DNA of 64,000 nt from an uncultured Methanosarcinales archaeon (GCA_964581515.1 CAZOOV010000007.1:12698-76697); one strand, 5' to 3'. Shown: positions 1 through 11,892, counted from the stretch's first letter. Made by a program: numbers and translations. The notes: generated by a model from the sequence alone, not told the origin.

Positions 1-1419
1 ATACAGATGCTGGTATACAATGGTCTTGGGAAACCTGTATTGAATATGCAGATCGAGATCCTTGGTTGTGATAATTATGTTGATGGAGCTTCATATGCCT
101 CAGGCAATGCAATTTCACAAATGCAGACTGTAGGAGAAGGCGATACTGCGATGTTCGAGATATATTGCGAGGGTCCTATTGCAAATACTAAATTCACATC
201 TGATATAAAGATAAATTATGATACAAAGACACTGGAAGAGACCTTGAGCCATGAGCAGCAGGGCATGATAAGCTCAGAGGTAGGTGGTGTTCTTCTTGGG
301 ATAGTGAATCCAGGGGAAGGAGGAGGAGATGCAGATTACACAGGTCCAACAACATTTGATTTCAGCACAGGGGGAGATGAATGGGTGACAAATGGCACTC
401 CTTCATTTTATAGCGGTTCTGTCACAGGATGTGGGCTTGATGTTGGTGTCGATTCAATGTGCGCAGACCAGTGCAGTACAACAGGCACATGGAATGATAT
501 AATGTGGGGCCCTTCAATTGCATTGACAGGCATGAGTTCAGCAATGCTTTCTGCAGATGTCTGGAAAGAGGATGAGACACAATATGGTTGGTATTATGAT
601 ATTGGCTATATTGTAATATCTACTGATGGAGGTACTACTTATGATACATTGAGTGCACTAGGCTATTCGTCTGGATGGACCACTGTTGAATATGATATTG
701 ATGCTTATCTTGGAGAGACTATCTCTATAGGGGTGTTGTTTAATACACAAGACGGATGCTGTAGCTTTGAGAGCTTCTGCATAACAAATATAGAAGTGAC
801 TGAAGGAGAGCCTTCATGCGATTGCGCTACAGAAGCAGATGTGTGCTGCCCAATAGCAGATTTCTCATGCACTGCAACAGGATGTGAAGGTTACGATGAT
901 GCTGGACCATTGTTCGGGTTTGCCATGTCTTCAGCCAGCGACTGGAGCTGTGAATGGCAAAGCCCTATATATCAATGGAATTGGTATGAATACTGCTATG
1001 ATGGACAGTGGAATGCATATAACAATTGTGATGGAGGGTATCAATGCAACAACTGTGATGTCACATACAGCAATTGCCAGCAAGTTTATGATCAGAATTG
1101 GAATACTGTATGCAATAACTGCGCATGTCCTGACCAGCCTAGCGAATGCATCATGACATGCACTGCTTCCGGATGTCCTGACACCCAGACTGGCCCTAAT
1201 TTCGGTGGCCCTATCAAGTATGCCTCAGACTGGGGTTGTGAATGGGGAGATTATGGTGTCGACTATGAATATTGCAGCGGTGGTAACTGGTATTTTGAGA
1301 ATGGAGACTTAGGCTATTACTGTGGATCATGCGATGAAGCAGGATCCTATTGCAGTTATGTCTATGAACTTCCTGACTGGAATACGTATTGCAATAATTG
1401 TGCATGTCCAATGATGTAG
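1..1419 (+). CDS. Pilin-like surface protein, 5'-partial: shared pilin-associated domain, beta-sandwich adhesin-like domain, two Cys-rich repeats
   Basis: Frame is open from base 1. IQMLVYNGLGKP...CDNYVDGASYASGNAIS aligns with IQILVFNGIGNP...CENYVEGGAYDTGNSIS in the next gene. ISTDGGTTY...GWTTVEYDIDAYLG resembles cleaved-adhesin/MAM-like domains. The unit CTAxGC...SDWxCEW...YEYC...WNTxCNNCACP occurs twice. Confidence 0.75.
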   Translation: MQMLVYNGLGKPVLNMQIEILGCDNYVDGASYASGNAISQMQTVGEGDTAMFEIYCEGPIANTKFTSDIKINYDTKTLEETLSHEQQGMISSEVGGVLLGIVNPGEGGGDADYTGPTTFDFSTGGDEWVTNGTPSFYSGSVTGCGLDVGVDSMCADQCSTTGTWNDIMWGPSIALTGMSSAMLSADVWKEDETQYGWYYDIGYIVISTDGGTTYDTLSALGYSSGWTTVEYDIDAYLGETISIGVLFNTQDGCCSFESFCITNIEVTEGEPSCDCATEADVCCPIADFSCTATGCEGYDDAGPLFGFAMSSASDWSCEWQSPIYQWNWYEYCYDGQWNAYNNCDGGYQCNNCDVTYSNCQQVYDQNWNTVCNNCACPDQPSECIMTCTASGCPDTQTGPNFGGPIKYASDWGCEWGDYGVDYEYCSGGNWYFENGDLGYYCGSCDEAGSYCSYVYELPDWNTYCNNCACPMM

Positions 1420-1594
1420 GTCAGTTTTCTCTTTTTTTTCTTATTCTTTAGTTGTTATTTTATCTCTTTATTTTAACTCAAGTTCTAGAAAAATATATAA
1501 ATGACTTAACTTAAAATGGATCATTAATTAGTGATTTTATTATTATTATTATTATATTAAGATATTAGTCAAATTCAAAAAAAGAGGTAGAAAG

Positions 1595-3655
1595 ATGATA
1601 AAAAAACACTTCCCTAATTTCTCAAAATCTAAAAGAGCACAGGCTGCTATGGAATTCTTAATGACCTATGGTTGGGCATTGATGGTGGTTCTTATTGTAA
1701 TTGGAGCATTGGCATTTTTTGGGCTTTTAAATCCTGATAAATTTTTGCCTGACAAAGTTGAGATGGGAACTGGTTTTATTGTGCGATCTGTTGCTGTAGG
1801 AGAAAATGGTATACAAATACTTGTATTTAATGGTATAGGAAATCCTGCTCGTGGTTTTCAGATAGAAGTTGAAGCATGCGAAAATTATGTTGAGGGAGGA
1901 GCTTATGACACAGGTAATTCAATATCAGATATAACTACAATAGGGGAAGGGGAGACTGAAATGTTCACTATTGAATGTACAGGACCTATTGAAGGTACTA
2001 AATTTAAATCAGATTTAACTATGTATTATTCTACAAAAGTACTTTCTGAGACTATTACACATGAGCAATCAGGACTTCTTAATGTTGAAGTAGGAGGAGA
2101 ATTAGATTTAGTAGGAGGAGAATTAGATTTAGGATGTGGTGCATCAAATTGTGGTTCATGTGGACAAGGTGATTGTTCTTCTGGTTGTTCTTGGGACGGT
2201 GCATCATGTAATTCATGCAATCCTTATTCATGTAGTTCATGTACACAAACTGATTGTGAAGCAGCATCTGGCTGTGCTTGGACAGGATCCCAGTGTATAA
2301 TATTGAATTCATTCTCATGTGAATCAGCATCTGACCAAGGGACCTGTGAACAGGCATCCGGCTGTGGATTTAGTTCAACATTTGGTTGTACAAGCTGTGG
2401 AACTGGAAACTGTGGTTCTTGTGATTCTGAAACATGTGGTAGTTCTAGTGAATGTGCTAATCATTGGAGCGGAGCTTGTATGGATGTTGAAGATATGATG
2501 TGGTGTTGGGATATTAATGATGAGAATGGATGCAATGGAAAAGAAGGATGTAGCTGGAGTGGTGGAGGTTGGTGTGATTATTGTACTGAAGGAGTAGGAT
2601 ATGGATGTAATACAGAGGAAGATTGCGAGGAAAGTGGGAGTTATTGGTTAACTAATTATCCATATTCAGATGATGGAACTTATTGTACTGATAAATGGGG
2701 CTATTGTTATTATGGTTATGATGGGGATCAATCAAATTGTGAAGCAGATTCATTATGTGTATGGTATAGTAATTCATGTAGGCCATGTTCTGATGAATGT
2801 TATGACTGTACTTCAAGCAGCTATTGTAATGTAAATCCTTTATGTACATGGGGTACTACATGTACTCCTATTACTGAGACATGTCCAGACCAATGCGGGG
2901 GTTGCACAGATCAGTCTACTTGTGAATCTGCAGGATGTATTTGGGCATCATCTACAAGTGAATGCTGGCTTGATATGACTGGAACTAGTTGTTGGGATCT
3001 CTGGAATGTGCCGGAAGAAGTTTGTGAAGGATCAGGTTGTTATATGAAAGATGATTATTGTGGTTTTTGCAATTCATATGATTTCTGGTATTGTCCAGAT
3101 CAAACAACTTGTGAGGCTGCTGGTGGAGCATGGATGACTGATTATCCTCATTCTTCTAGTGGTGAACAGTGTGTTTATGAGTCTGATCTTTGTTATTATT
3201 CTTATCAAGGTGATGAAGCAGGTTGTGATGGAGACCCTGATTGTGGATGGTATAGCAGTGGATATTGTTATTATTGCGGTAATGGGAATTGTGGAAACTG
3301 CTGGCAACAAGGGATGTGTGAAACCGTAGAAGGCTGTATGTGGGATGGTTCTAGTTGTACTTCATGTTCAAGTTCAGCGTGCGGTGCATGTTATGATCAG
3401 ACTACTTGTGAGAGTGTAAGCTGTATATGGGATTCTGGTTCATCTAGTTGTCTATCATGTGATAGTCAGCATTGTACTAATTGTCCTGATCAGACCAATT
3501 GTGAATCTAGTGATGGATGTTCATGGGACGGTGCATCATGTAATACTTGCAATGAATATAGTTGTTCTGGATGTACACAGACTGACTGTGGATCAACTAC
3601 GGGCTGTTCATGGTCTGGAAGTGTCTGTGAAGTATGCAATCAGTATACATGTTAA
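1595..3655 (+). CDS. Archaeal type IV pilin-like protein with long Cys-rich repeat region; the frame continues to 3721 past an in-frame TAA
   Basis: Class III signal peptide KRAQ-AAMEFLMTYGWALMVVLIVIGALAFFG. Many CxxCx4-5Cx4-5CxWx4C units. SD GAGGT upstream. Confidence 0.85.
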   Translation: MIKKHFPNFSKSKRAQAAMEFLMTYGWALMVVLIVIGALAFFGLLNPDKFLPDKVEMGTGFIVRSVAVGENGIQILVFNGIGNPARGFQIEVEACENYVEGGAYDTGNSISDITTIGEGETEMFTIECTGPIEGTKFKSDLTMYYSTKVLSETITHEQSGLLNVEVGGELDLVGGELDLGCGASNCGSCGQGDCSSGCSWDGASCNSCNPYSCSSCTQTDCEAASGCAWTGSQCIILNSFSCESASDQGTCEQASGCGFSSTFGCTSCGTGNCGSCDSETCGSSSECANHWSGACMDVEDMMWCWDINDENGCNGKEGCSWSGGGWCDYCTEGVGYGCNTEEDCEESGSYWLTNYPYSDDGTYCTDKWGYCYYGYDGDQSNCEADSLCVWYSNSCRPCSDECYDCTSSSYCNVNPLCTWGTTCTPITETCPDQCGGCTDQSTCESAGCIWASSTSECWLDMTGTSCWDLWNVPEEVCEGSGCYMKDDYCGFCNSYDFWYCPDQTTCEAAGGAWMTDYPHSSSGEQCVYESDLCYYSYQGDEAGCDGDPDCGWYSSGYCYYCGNGNCGNCWQQGMCETVEGCMWDGSSCTSCSSSACGACYDQTTCESVSCIWDSGSSSCLSCDSQHCTNCPDQTNCESSDGCSWDGASCNTCNEYSCSGCTQTDCGSTTGCSWSGSVCEVCNQYTC
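2090..2131 (+). repeat. Exact 21-nt tandem duplication (VGGELDL x2)
   Basis: gtaggaggagaattagattta occurs twice, at the boundary between the pilin domain and the Cys-rich region. Confidence 0.95.
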
Positions 3656-3829
3656 TCTTGCTATACTTCATCTGAATGTTCATCTGCAAGCTGTTCATGG
3701 GACGGCAGTTCTTGTTCATAAACAGGAATTTATTTTTTACTTAATTATTTTTTATTTAATTAAGAATTAGTTTTTATTCTCTTATTATTCTTTATTTATT
3801 ATTATTATATGACTTTTTTATTTCTTTTT

Positions 3830-4204
3830 TTATTTTTTCATTTTTTCTATCTTTTCTTCTATCTTCTTCTTCAATTCTTCTTTATCTCCTTTCATGGGTA
3901 TTCCAATTATCTTAATGTTATCAATTTGTCCTATCTTGTCTTTTAGTTTTAGGAAATAACGAAGATCAAAGTCATGCAGAGAACTGATTCCATCGTCGCT
4001 GAGCTTATTGATGTCTTCAATCAACATAACATCATCTATGCCTTCAACTACATCAAGAATAACAATTCTTCCTTCTTCTAGAAATATTTCATCAGGAGAA
4101 TCACATTTGATGAATTCTACATCATCAATAACAAGTTCATCAGCTATTTCTTTAGCTAAGGAGTCGTTTTCTAAGAATTCATTGCCAAAACAGAATACCT
4201 TCAT
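3830..4204 (-). CDS. Hydrogenase maturation protease-like protein (minimal HycI/HybD family)
   Basis: Motifs FGNEFLENDS, VILDVVEG, SLHDFDL and IKIIGIP. Confidence 0.75.
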   Translation of the reverse strand: MKVFCFGNEFLENDSLAKEIADELVIDDVEFIKCDSPDEIFLEEGRIVILDVVEGIDDVMLIEDINKLSDDGISSLHDFDLRYFLKLKDKIGQIDNIKIIGIPMKGDKEELKKKIEEKIEKMKK

Positions 4205-4362
4205 TTGAGTGTTTGGTCTGGTGCTAGTGTTTTTGATCTCTTCATAGATTCATGTTTCAATACTGCCATCTTAACCAAGTAAACAAATACTCCTGTAAAT
4301 AGAACTAAACTAAGTAATATGACAACACAGATCCAATCTGATAGCAAATGTCCTTCATGCAT
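4201..4362 (-). CDS. Small single-pass membrane protein (53 aa, not in the ORF track)
   Basis: MHEGHLLSDWICVVILLSLVLFTGVFVYLVKMAVLKHESMKRSKTLAPDQTLK. SD GAGGTG upstream. Its stop overlaps the protease start as ATGA. Confidence 0.65.
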   Translation of the reverse strand: MHEGHLLSDWICVVILLSLVLFTGVFVYLVKMAVLKHESMKRSKTLAPDQTLK

Positions 4363-4422
4363 TATTATAACACCTCATGATTATTCTTAATTGATGATAT
4401 CTTCATTAAATTTTTATATATC

Positions 4423-6378
<1,956 letters not shown>

Positions 6379-6632
6379 TTAATTTCCCTGAGAAATGCCT
6401 TGAAATTTCCCTTCTTTTATAGTATCATCAAAACGGGTTTATTTATAAAGATTTCGTTCTGCTAAAGGCTGTTTTTCTCGTCGAGAAAAGAGAAAATCAA
6501 GATATGGTCATGATGAGCAATCCGCCTGAAAAATAGGGGATTTCCGGAAGCGTTTTTTCGACTGCAGGATATAGCAAAAATTATATAAACCTTCATCTAT
6601 GGGATTACTCACATAATACTATAACCTGCAAA

Positions 6633-7490
6633 ATGGCTAAAGAACATCTTATCAGTTTCATAGACAAACATCAAAAAAGAGGATACGACAGGAAAACACT
6701 TACTTCTATATTGCTTAAACATAAATATCCTTTGACAGAGATAAATGAAGCTTTTGATTCGTTATCGAATAATACATTATCGAATAATGCAGCTAATGGC
6801 TCTTCTTCAGATAGCCCAGCTAAAGTCGATGAAGTCCACAAACAGAACATTGCTTTGAAACATAAGAGCAAAAAGAACGTATTCAGGATACATCTTTTCA
6901 TACTGCTGTGCTTAATCCTTCTTCTTCTTGTTGTTCTGGGAGGCATAATTGTAAATATCAAAGGGAGAAATATAGATCTTGGAGCGGACCATGGACGGCA
7001 GGAGGAGATTCAAGATAAGAAGATTGCAGATAAGGCTGATGCCAAATCAATAGATAAGACAGCATCAAGATCTGACGAGAAAAATGATGATAATATGGCA
7101 TCTCTTGAGAGGCCAGATGCAAAGCCATCAATAATTTGTACTATGATACGTGTTGAAAGCCTTGCAAATAATTTTATGTCTGAATCAGAAAAACTACCTA
7201 TCAGGTGCTTCTTCAGCAATCTTGAAGGCTGCAATCCTGCATCTGTGACTGTGATAGATGGTGAAAGGATATCAGATGTATCAATCAAAGATGAGAAAAG
7301 AGGATACTGCATTCTGAGCATCAATGAATATACCAGCGTAAAAGGCTATACATGCAAGGTTCCAGATGATTTCTGGACCTTGAACAGTGTTGAAGATGAT
7401 ATCATGGCAGGTGCAGATGTCCTTAGGATGATATTAAGCACTCCTGAGGATGATGAACTTAAAGTATATGGCATAAGCTGTAAAATTTAA
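6633..7490 (+). CDS. Single-pass membrane protein, paralog of 7570..8565
   Basis: N-terminal helical motif EHLISFI..GYD..L..LLKH.Y....I.EAF, one TM segment, Cys-containing C-terminal domain. Confidence 0.7.
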   Translation: MAKEHLISFIDKHQKRGYDRKTLTSILLKHKYPLTEINEAFDSLSNNTLSNNAANGSSSDSPAKVDEVHKQNIALKHKSKKNVFRIHLFILLCLILLLLVVLGGIIVNIKGRNIDLGADHGRQEEIQDKKIADKADAKSIDKTASRSDEKNDDNMASLERPDAKPSIICTMIRVESLANNFMSESEKLPIRCFFSNLEGCNPASVTVIDGERISDVSIKDEKRGYCILSINEYTSVKGYTCKVPDDFWTLNSVEDDIMAGADVLRMILSTPEDDELKVYGISCKI

Positions 7491-7569
7491 TCACTATTCT
7501 AAAATGATTACCAAAACTTATATAAGAAATTGCAGTTGATAGCATAATATAGCTATATAGAGGGATATA

Positions 7570-8565
7570 ATGGTACAAGAACATTTATTGGAATTTATCA
7601 GGAAGAATCTTAACGAGGGTTATGATAAACCTCGATTGACTGAAGTACTTCTAAAGCATGGATATGACCAAGCTGTAATTGATGAAGCCTTTACACAGGT
7701 TGAAGGAGGCACGCCTGCATCACAAGAACCTCAATCAGTCCCTGCTGATGCACAGCAACCAGCAGCTTCTACTGAACAACCTCAACAACAACCAGAACAA
7801 CAAGCACCTGTAGAAGCACAACAAGCATCTGCGGCACCTATTGCACAAGAGTCTGCTGCTCAAGATACCCAACAAGCTCAACAGAATACTGCTGAAGAAA
7901 AACCTAAGAAGAATATATCCAAGATAATCACTTTTGCACTATTAGGAGTTGTAGTAGTAGCAGTTCTTATACTGCTGGCAATGTGGATGATGCCTTCTGA
8001 AAGTGATCCTGATGAGATCATAACTCCTAAACTACCATTGCAACCTGATTCTGATGAGGAACAGGTTGTCAAAGATGATGATGCTGATACAGAACAGTTA
8101 TTATTATGCCCTTCGCTTGATTTAACTAAAAATATATCCCGGAATTCAGAAGGTTCTATATTGTGCTTCCTGAATGCCATTACGGATTGTAGGACAACAA
8201 ATCACACAATATTGGTCGAGAATAAATTACAGACTGTAATAGTGAATGGTTCAAACACTGGTTCAGGAGAAGAAGGCATTTGTCCTGTTGAAATAGAATC
8301 CAGAGCATGCATAATTGAGAATGTCATCCCTCTGACAGGCAACTCTAAGGCTGATGAGATCAGGCTTGATAATGAGAAGAAGAGGATGATGGCAAGTTGT
8401 GCGGTAAATAAGGCTGATTCCAGCACTATCTGTACAATAACATCATCAGAAGTCCAGGAAAATGGTACAGGGATAAGTCTTGTACAGAAGCATGTGGGAT
8501 TCATAGATGGACTGGCTAACCTGGAGTCAGGCCAATATACAAGCTATTCTATTGATTGTCCCTGA
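7570..8565 (+). CDS. Single-pass membrane protein with Q/A/P-rich linker
   Basis: Same N-terminal motif as the previous gene. TM segment IITFALLGVVVVAVLILLAMW. CFLNAITDC compares with CFFSNLEGC in the paralog. Confidence 0.7.
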   Translation: MVQEHLLEFIRKNLNEGYDKPRLTEVLLKHGYDQAVIDEAFTQVEGGTPASQEPQSVPADAQQPAASTEQPQQQPEQQAPVEAQQASAAPIAQESAAQDTQQAQQNTAEEKPKKNISKIITFALLGVVVVAVLILLAMWMMPSESDPDEIITPKLPLQPDSDEEQVVKDDDADTEQLLLCPSLDLTKNISRNSEGSILCFLNAITDCRTTNHTILVENKLQTVIVNGSNTGSGEEGICPVEIESRACIIENVIPLTGNSKADEIRLDNEKKRMMASCAVNKADSSTICTITSSEVQENGTGISLVQKHVGFIDGLANLESGQYTSYSIDCP

Positions 8566-8636
8566 AAAATATGAGTTTATCAGTTAACAGTCAAATATTG
8601 TTATTCTCTTCTTAGATTATTATTTAAATTAAGATA

Positions 8637-8696
8637 TATTAGAATCTAAATTATTAGAATCTGAGTTATTAGAATCCAATCTATTAGAACTTGAAT
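8637..8696. repeat. Four degenerate 15-bp tandem repeats (core TATTAGAA)
   Basis: The core recurs at 8637, 8652, 8667 and 8682, between convergent genes. Confidence 0.85.
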
Positions 8697-8714
8697 ATCC
8701 CTGAATGAGGGGTT

Positions 8715-9992
8715 TTAGCACCACTTAACCTTCAGGAAATGTGAACTGCAACTGAAGCAAGGATCATAACTTCTGATAAGACGTTCAATCTCAAATACAA
8801 TAGTATCTTTATCTTTCCCTTGGTCTAAAAGTTGTTGTACATACGCTGCTATATCCTCATTGAGATTCCTTAAGAATTGTGCAGTAGGAGTCACGATATT
8901 TGCATATGTGATTATTCCATCCTTATCTGTCTTATATTCATGCCATAATACTCCTCTAGGAGCTTCATTGGCAGCAATACCATGACCTTCTCCAACATTA
9001 ATCTTGGCAATCTCTTCGTGCTCTATCTTGAAATTATCAAGGAGCTTGATGCATTCTTCCCTGTAATGTATCAATTCAAGTGCTTGTGCCATGACATTAT
9101 GGAATGGGTTGTCGCTGGGGAACTTAATAGGTATTGTCTTCATGAATTCTTGAGTCTCTGGGCTGAGTTTTTCCATATTATTATTGAATCTTGCAAGTGT
9201 ACCTACTGAATATGCTTTACCCTCACGTACTACCATATTGCATGAAGAGTAAGGTTCATGGTATTCTTCTACAAAAGAATGGAATTCTTTTTGTTTGTAT
9301 ATCTTACCATCAATCTTCATATCTCCTTGTGATGTTCCGAACTCATCATCACTAACAATAGACATATATTGGGTAGGGCGTTGGAAATCAGGATATTCCA
9401 ATGAAGCGAACAGTTTATTTGTCTCCATTATATCATCTTTTGCCTTGTTAAGCCTGTCTTTTATCTCATCGAGCTTCTCTTGGGTTGGGAAGTGTGTAAA
9501 TCCTCCAATTGTAGGGGATATAGGATGGATTACACGGCCAGTCAACAATGATACCATATCATTGCCTAGTTTCATAAGCCTTAGTGCTCTTGCAATCTCA
9601 TCTTTGAATTTTGAGGCCATCTCAATTGCTGATTTGTAGCCTACATAATCCGGAAGAGCAAGAACATACAAGTGTGCAGCATGACTTCTTATTCTTTCAC
9701 CAATAGTCTGTAGTTGTCTTAATGCAATTGTTTGTTTTGACGCTTTGACACCAAGACAGTTTTCCATAGCCATTATTGCAGCAACATTATGTGCTGAAGA
9801 ACAGATTCCGCAAATCCTTGTAGAGATCTCTTGAGGTTCATTCCATTTTCTGCCTTTGAGAAGACCTTCAAAATATCTGCTTCCTTCAATTGAGCCTAGT
9901 TCGCATCTTTTGACTTTGCCATTATCTATTTCTAGCTCTAGTTTTGCATGTCCTTCGACTTTGGTTATATGATTTAATGTGATTTTTGTCAT
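8715..9992 (-). CDS. hydA: Group 3b [NiFe] hydrogenase (sulfhydrogenase) large/alpha subunit
   Basis: KVEGH, L1 motif RICGICSSAH, EAPRG, L2 motif DPCFSCSSH followed by a short C-terminal tail. Confidence 0.93.
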   Translation of the reverse strand: MTKITLNHITKVEGHAKLELEIDNGKVKRCELGSIEGSRYFEGLLKGRKWNEPQEISTRICGICSSAHNVAAIMAMENCLGVKASKQTIALRQLQTIGERIRSHAAHLYVLALPDYVGYKSAIEMASKFKDEIARALRLMKLGNDMVSLLTGRVIHPISPTIGGFTHFPTQEKLDEIKDRLNKAKDDIMETNKLFASLEYPDFQRPTQYMSIVSDDEFGTSQGDMKIDGKIYKQKEFHSFVEEYHEPYSSCNMVVREGKAYSVGTLARFNNNMEKLSPETQEFMKTIPIKFPSDNPFHNVMAQALELIHYREECIKLLDNFKIEHEEIAKINVGEGHGIAANEAPRGVLWHEYKTDKDGIITYANIVTPTAQFLRNLNEDIAAYVQQLLDQGKDKDTIVFEIERLIRSYDPCFSCSSHFLKVKWC

Positions 9993-10101
9993 TTTATTCT
10001 TGTTTTCCTTTCTTTATCCTTAATATTTTATGATTTTAATTGTATTTTATTTAATACATTATTATTATTTAATTATAATCTTGTTTGATATCTTACTTTC
10101 A

Positions 10102-10872
10102 TTATATTTGTTCTTTCTTCTTGTTTAATGCTTCATGTATCTCAAGTCCTGCAAATGTATTCATATGTTTCATCGCTTCTTCTTTGTCTATTCCTTTTTC
10201 TTTGAGAAGCTTGAAATATTCATCAAATTGAGCATCATCAGTTATCCCTCTGCAACCATAGCATTCAAAACCATTGTTTGTACACACAGCAGAGCATCCT
10301 CCTCTTGTCAGAGGACCAAGACAGATCTTCTTCTCATCGAGAAGACAACCGTTCTCAAATAATCTGCATTCTCTGCATACTGGATCAGGGTAAGCCCTGA
10401 AATCTTTTCCAAGCAATAGCTCTTTGATGAATTTCTTGATTTCATCCCTGTCAGGAGGGCATCCAGGCAGCGCATATTCGACTTTTATGAACTTTGTAAT
10501 AGGTATTGGTTGGCCGACATCCTGCATCTCAGGGAATTTCTTTTCATATTTTAACCTATCAAGATCTTTTTCGTCAGCGTAATGTCTTAATGAAGGTATG
10601 CAACCATGCATAGCGCAACATCCAAGTGCAATCACTACTTTTGATCTTGCTCTTAATTTCTTGACCATCTCTTCGTCATCTTTATTGACTATTGCTCCTT
10701 CTATAAAGCAGATATCAAGAGGACCATCATATTTTTCTCCCATTATGAACCTGAACTCCTTTATATCGACTGCTGAAACTATGTCAAGCAGTTCGTCTTC
10801 ATTGAAGATTACACTTAGGAGACATCCCTGACATCCTGTTACATCATAAAATCCTACTTTAGGTTTTGCCAT
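10102..10872 (-). CDS. hydD: [NiFe] hydrogenase small/delta subunit
   Basis: GCQGC, IEGAI, LGCCAMHG, PGCPP, VCREC, CLGPLTRGGC, CYGCRG. Confidence 0.92.
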   Translation of the reverse strand: MAKPKVGFYDVTGCQGCLLSVIFNEDELLDIVSAVDIKEFRFIMGEKYDGPLDICFIEGAIVNKDDEEMVKKLRARSKVVIALGCCAMHGCIPSLRHYADEKDLDRLKYEKKFPEMQDVGQPIPITKFIKVEYALPGCPPDRDEIKKFIKELLLGKDFRAYPDPVCRECRLFENGCLLDEKKICLGPLTRGGCSAVCTNNGFECYGCRGITDDAQFDEYFKLLKEKGIDKEEAMKHMNTFAGLEIHEALNKKKEQI

Positions 10873-10910
10873 TTTCTTTGTTGTTATTATTTTTTGTTTA
10901 TCTTTCTTTC

Positions 10911-10984
10911 ATTTTTACTGGGGCACGGCGAAGATCATAATCAGCCTTTAGCTGATTATCGCCTCAATGGGCGCCAGTAAAAAT
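10911..10984. other. GC-rich long hairpin inside the hydrogenase operon
   Basis: Nested stems ATTTTTACTGG/CCAGTAAAAAT, GGCG/CGCC and ATAATCAGC/GCTGATTAT with a 5-nt loop. Confidence 0.75.
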
Positions 10985-11008
10985 CTCATTTGATATATCC
11001 TTGATCTT

Positions 11009-11836
11009 TTAATCGTCCTTGTAATCCTTCAATTCATCATATCTGAAGACTGCACCGTCAAGACAGGTATATCTTCCATGGATCATGCATCTTCCGCATT
11101 TACCCATTCCGCAATACATCAATCTTTCTGCGCTGATATAGATGTCTTCTTCTTCAAATCCTTTATTCAACAGTATCTCTGCAGTCTTCTCGATCATAAT
11201 CGGTGGACCACAGATGAAAACAACTGTATCATCATTATCATTTATTATCTCTTGTACTTTTTGTGTTACAAATCCTTCTGTCCCATCATAGCATACAGTT
11301 GATTTACTCTCTACTTTGTCAAATGTGATATGCATATTGAATTTTTCTTTCCATATATCCATCTTTTTCCTGAATAATGTATCTTCTGGAGTCCGAAATC
11401 CGAAGAATAAGTATATATCTTTGAAATCTTCTCTGTGTTTTTCAAGAAATTCTACACTTCCTTTAAGTGGAGCGACTCCGCATCCACCACCAATAATGAC
11501 TATATTCTTGCCTTTGAATCTTGCCATTGGATAAGATGTGCCATATGGTCCTCTTACAAGAAGTTCATCTCCTTCTTTTAGGATACCTAGTTTATTTGTT
11601 ACATTTCCTACTTCTCTAATATTGAGTTCTATTGACTTATCATCATATGAGCAGATGGAGATTGGAGCTTCACCTATGCCTGGAAGTGAGCAAAAAACGA
11701 ATTGTCCTGGTTCGTGTTTTAATTTCCAGTCTAGTTTTATCGTGAATGAATCAGCAGTCTCTCTAACATATTCCTTAATTTTTACAGGAATTGGCTTGTA
11801 GGGTGACTTGCTGATAATTGTTTCTTTTGTTGTCAT
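11009..11836 (-). CDS. hydG: Sulfhydrogenase gamma subunit (FAD/NAD(P)-binding, 2Fe-2S)
   Basis: PGQF, GEAPISI, RGPYG, GGGCGVAP, CGPPIM, CGMGKCGRC...CLDG. Confidence 0.92.
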   Translation of the reverse strand: MTTKETIISKSPYKPIPVKIKEYVRETADSFTIKLDWKLKHEPGQFVFCSLPGIGEAPISICSYDDKSIELNIREVGNVTNKLGILKEGDELLVRGPYGTSYPMARFKGKNIVIIGGGCGVAPLKGSVEFLEKHREDFKDIYLFFGFRTPEDTLFRKKMDIWKEKFNMHITFDKVESKSTVCYDGTEGFVTQKVQEIINDNDDTVVFICGPPIMIEKTAEILLNKGFEEEDIYISAERLMYCGMGKCGRCMIHGRYTCLDGAVFRYDELKDYKDD

Positions 11837-11892
11837 TTTGTTGTATTTATTTTGTTTGCTTTATTTGTATATTGGATATTAAATAATTGTTA

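Noticed and set aside
1..3721. Diversity-generating retroelement acting on the pilins
   Set aside because: There is no reverse transcriptase, and the repeat copies are coding duplications without adenine-specific mismatches.
6509..6530. C/D box sRNA (ATGATGA...CTGA)
   Set aside because: Only about 10 nt separate the boxes, and no second box pair or terminal stem is evident.
10911..10984. SECIS element for a selenocysteine hydrogenase
   Set aside because: The hydrogenase genes have Cys at all ligand positions and no in-frame TGA.
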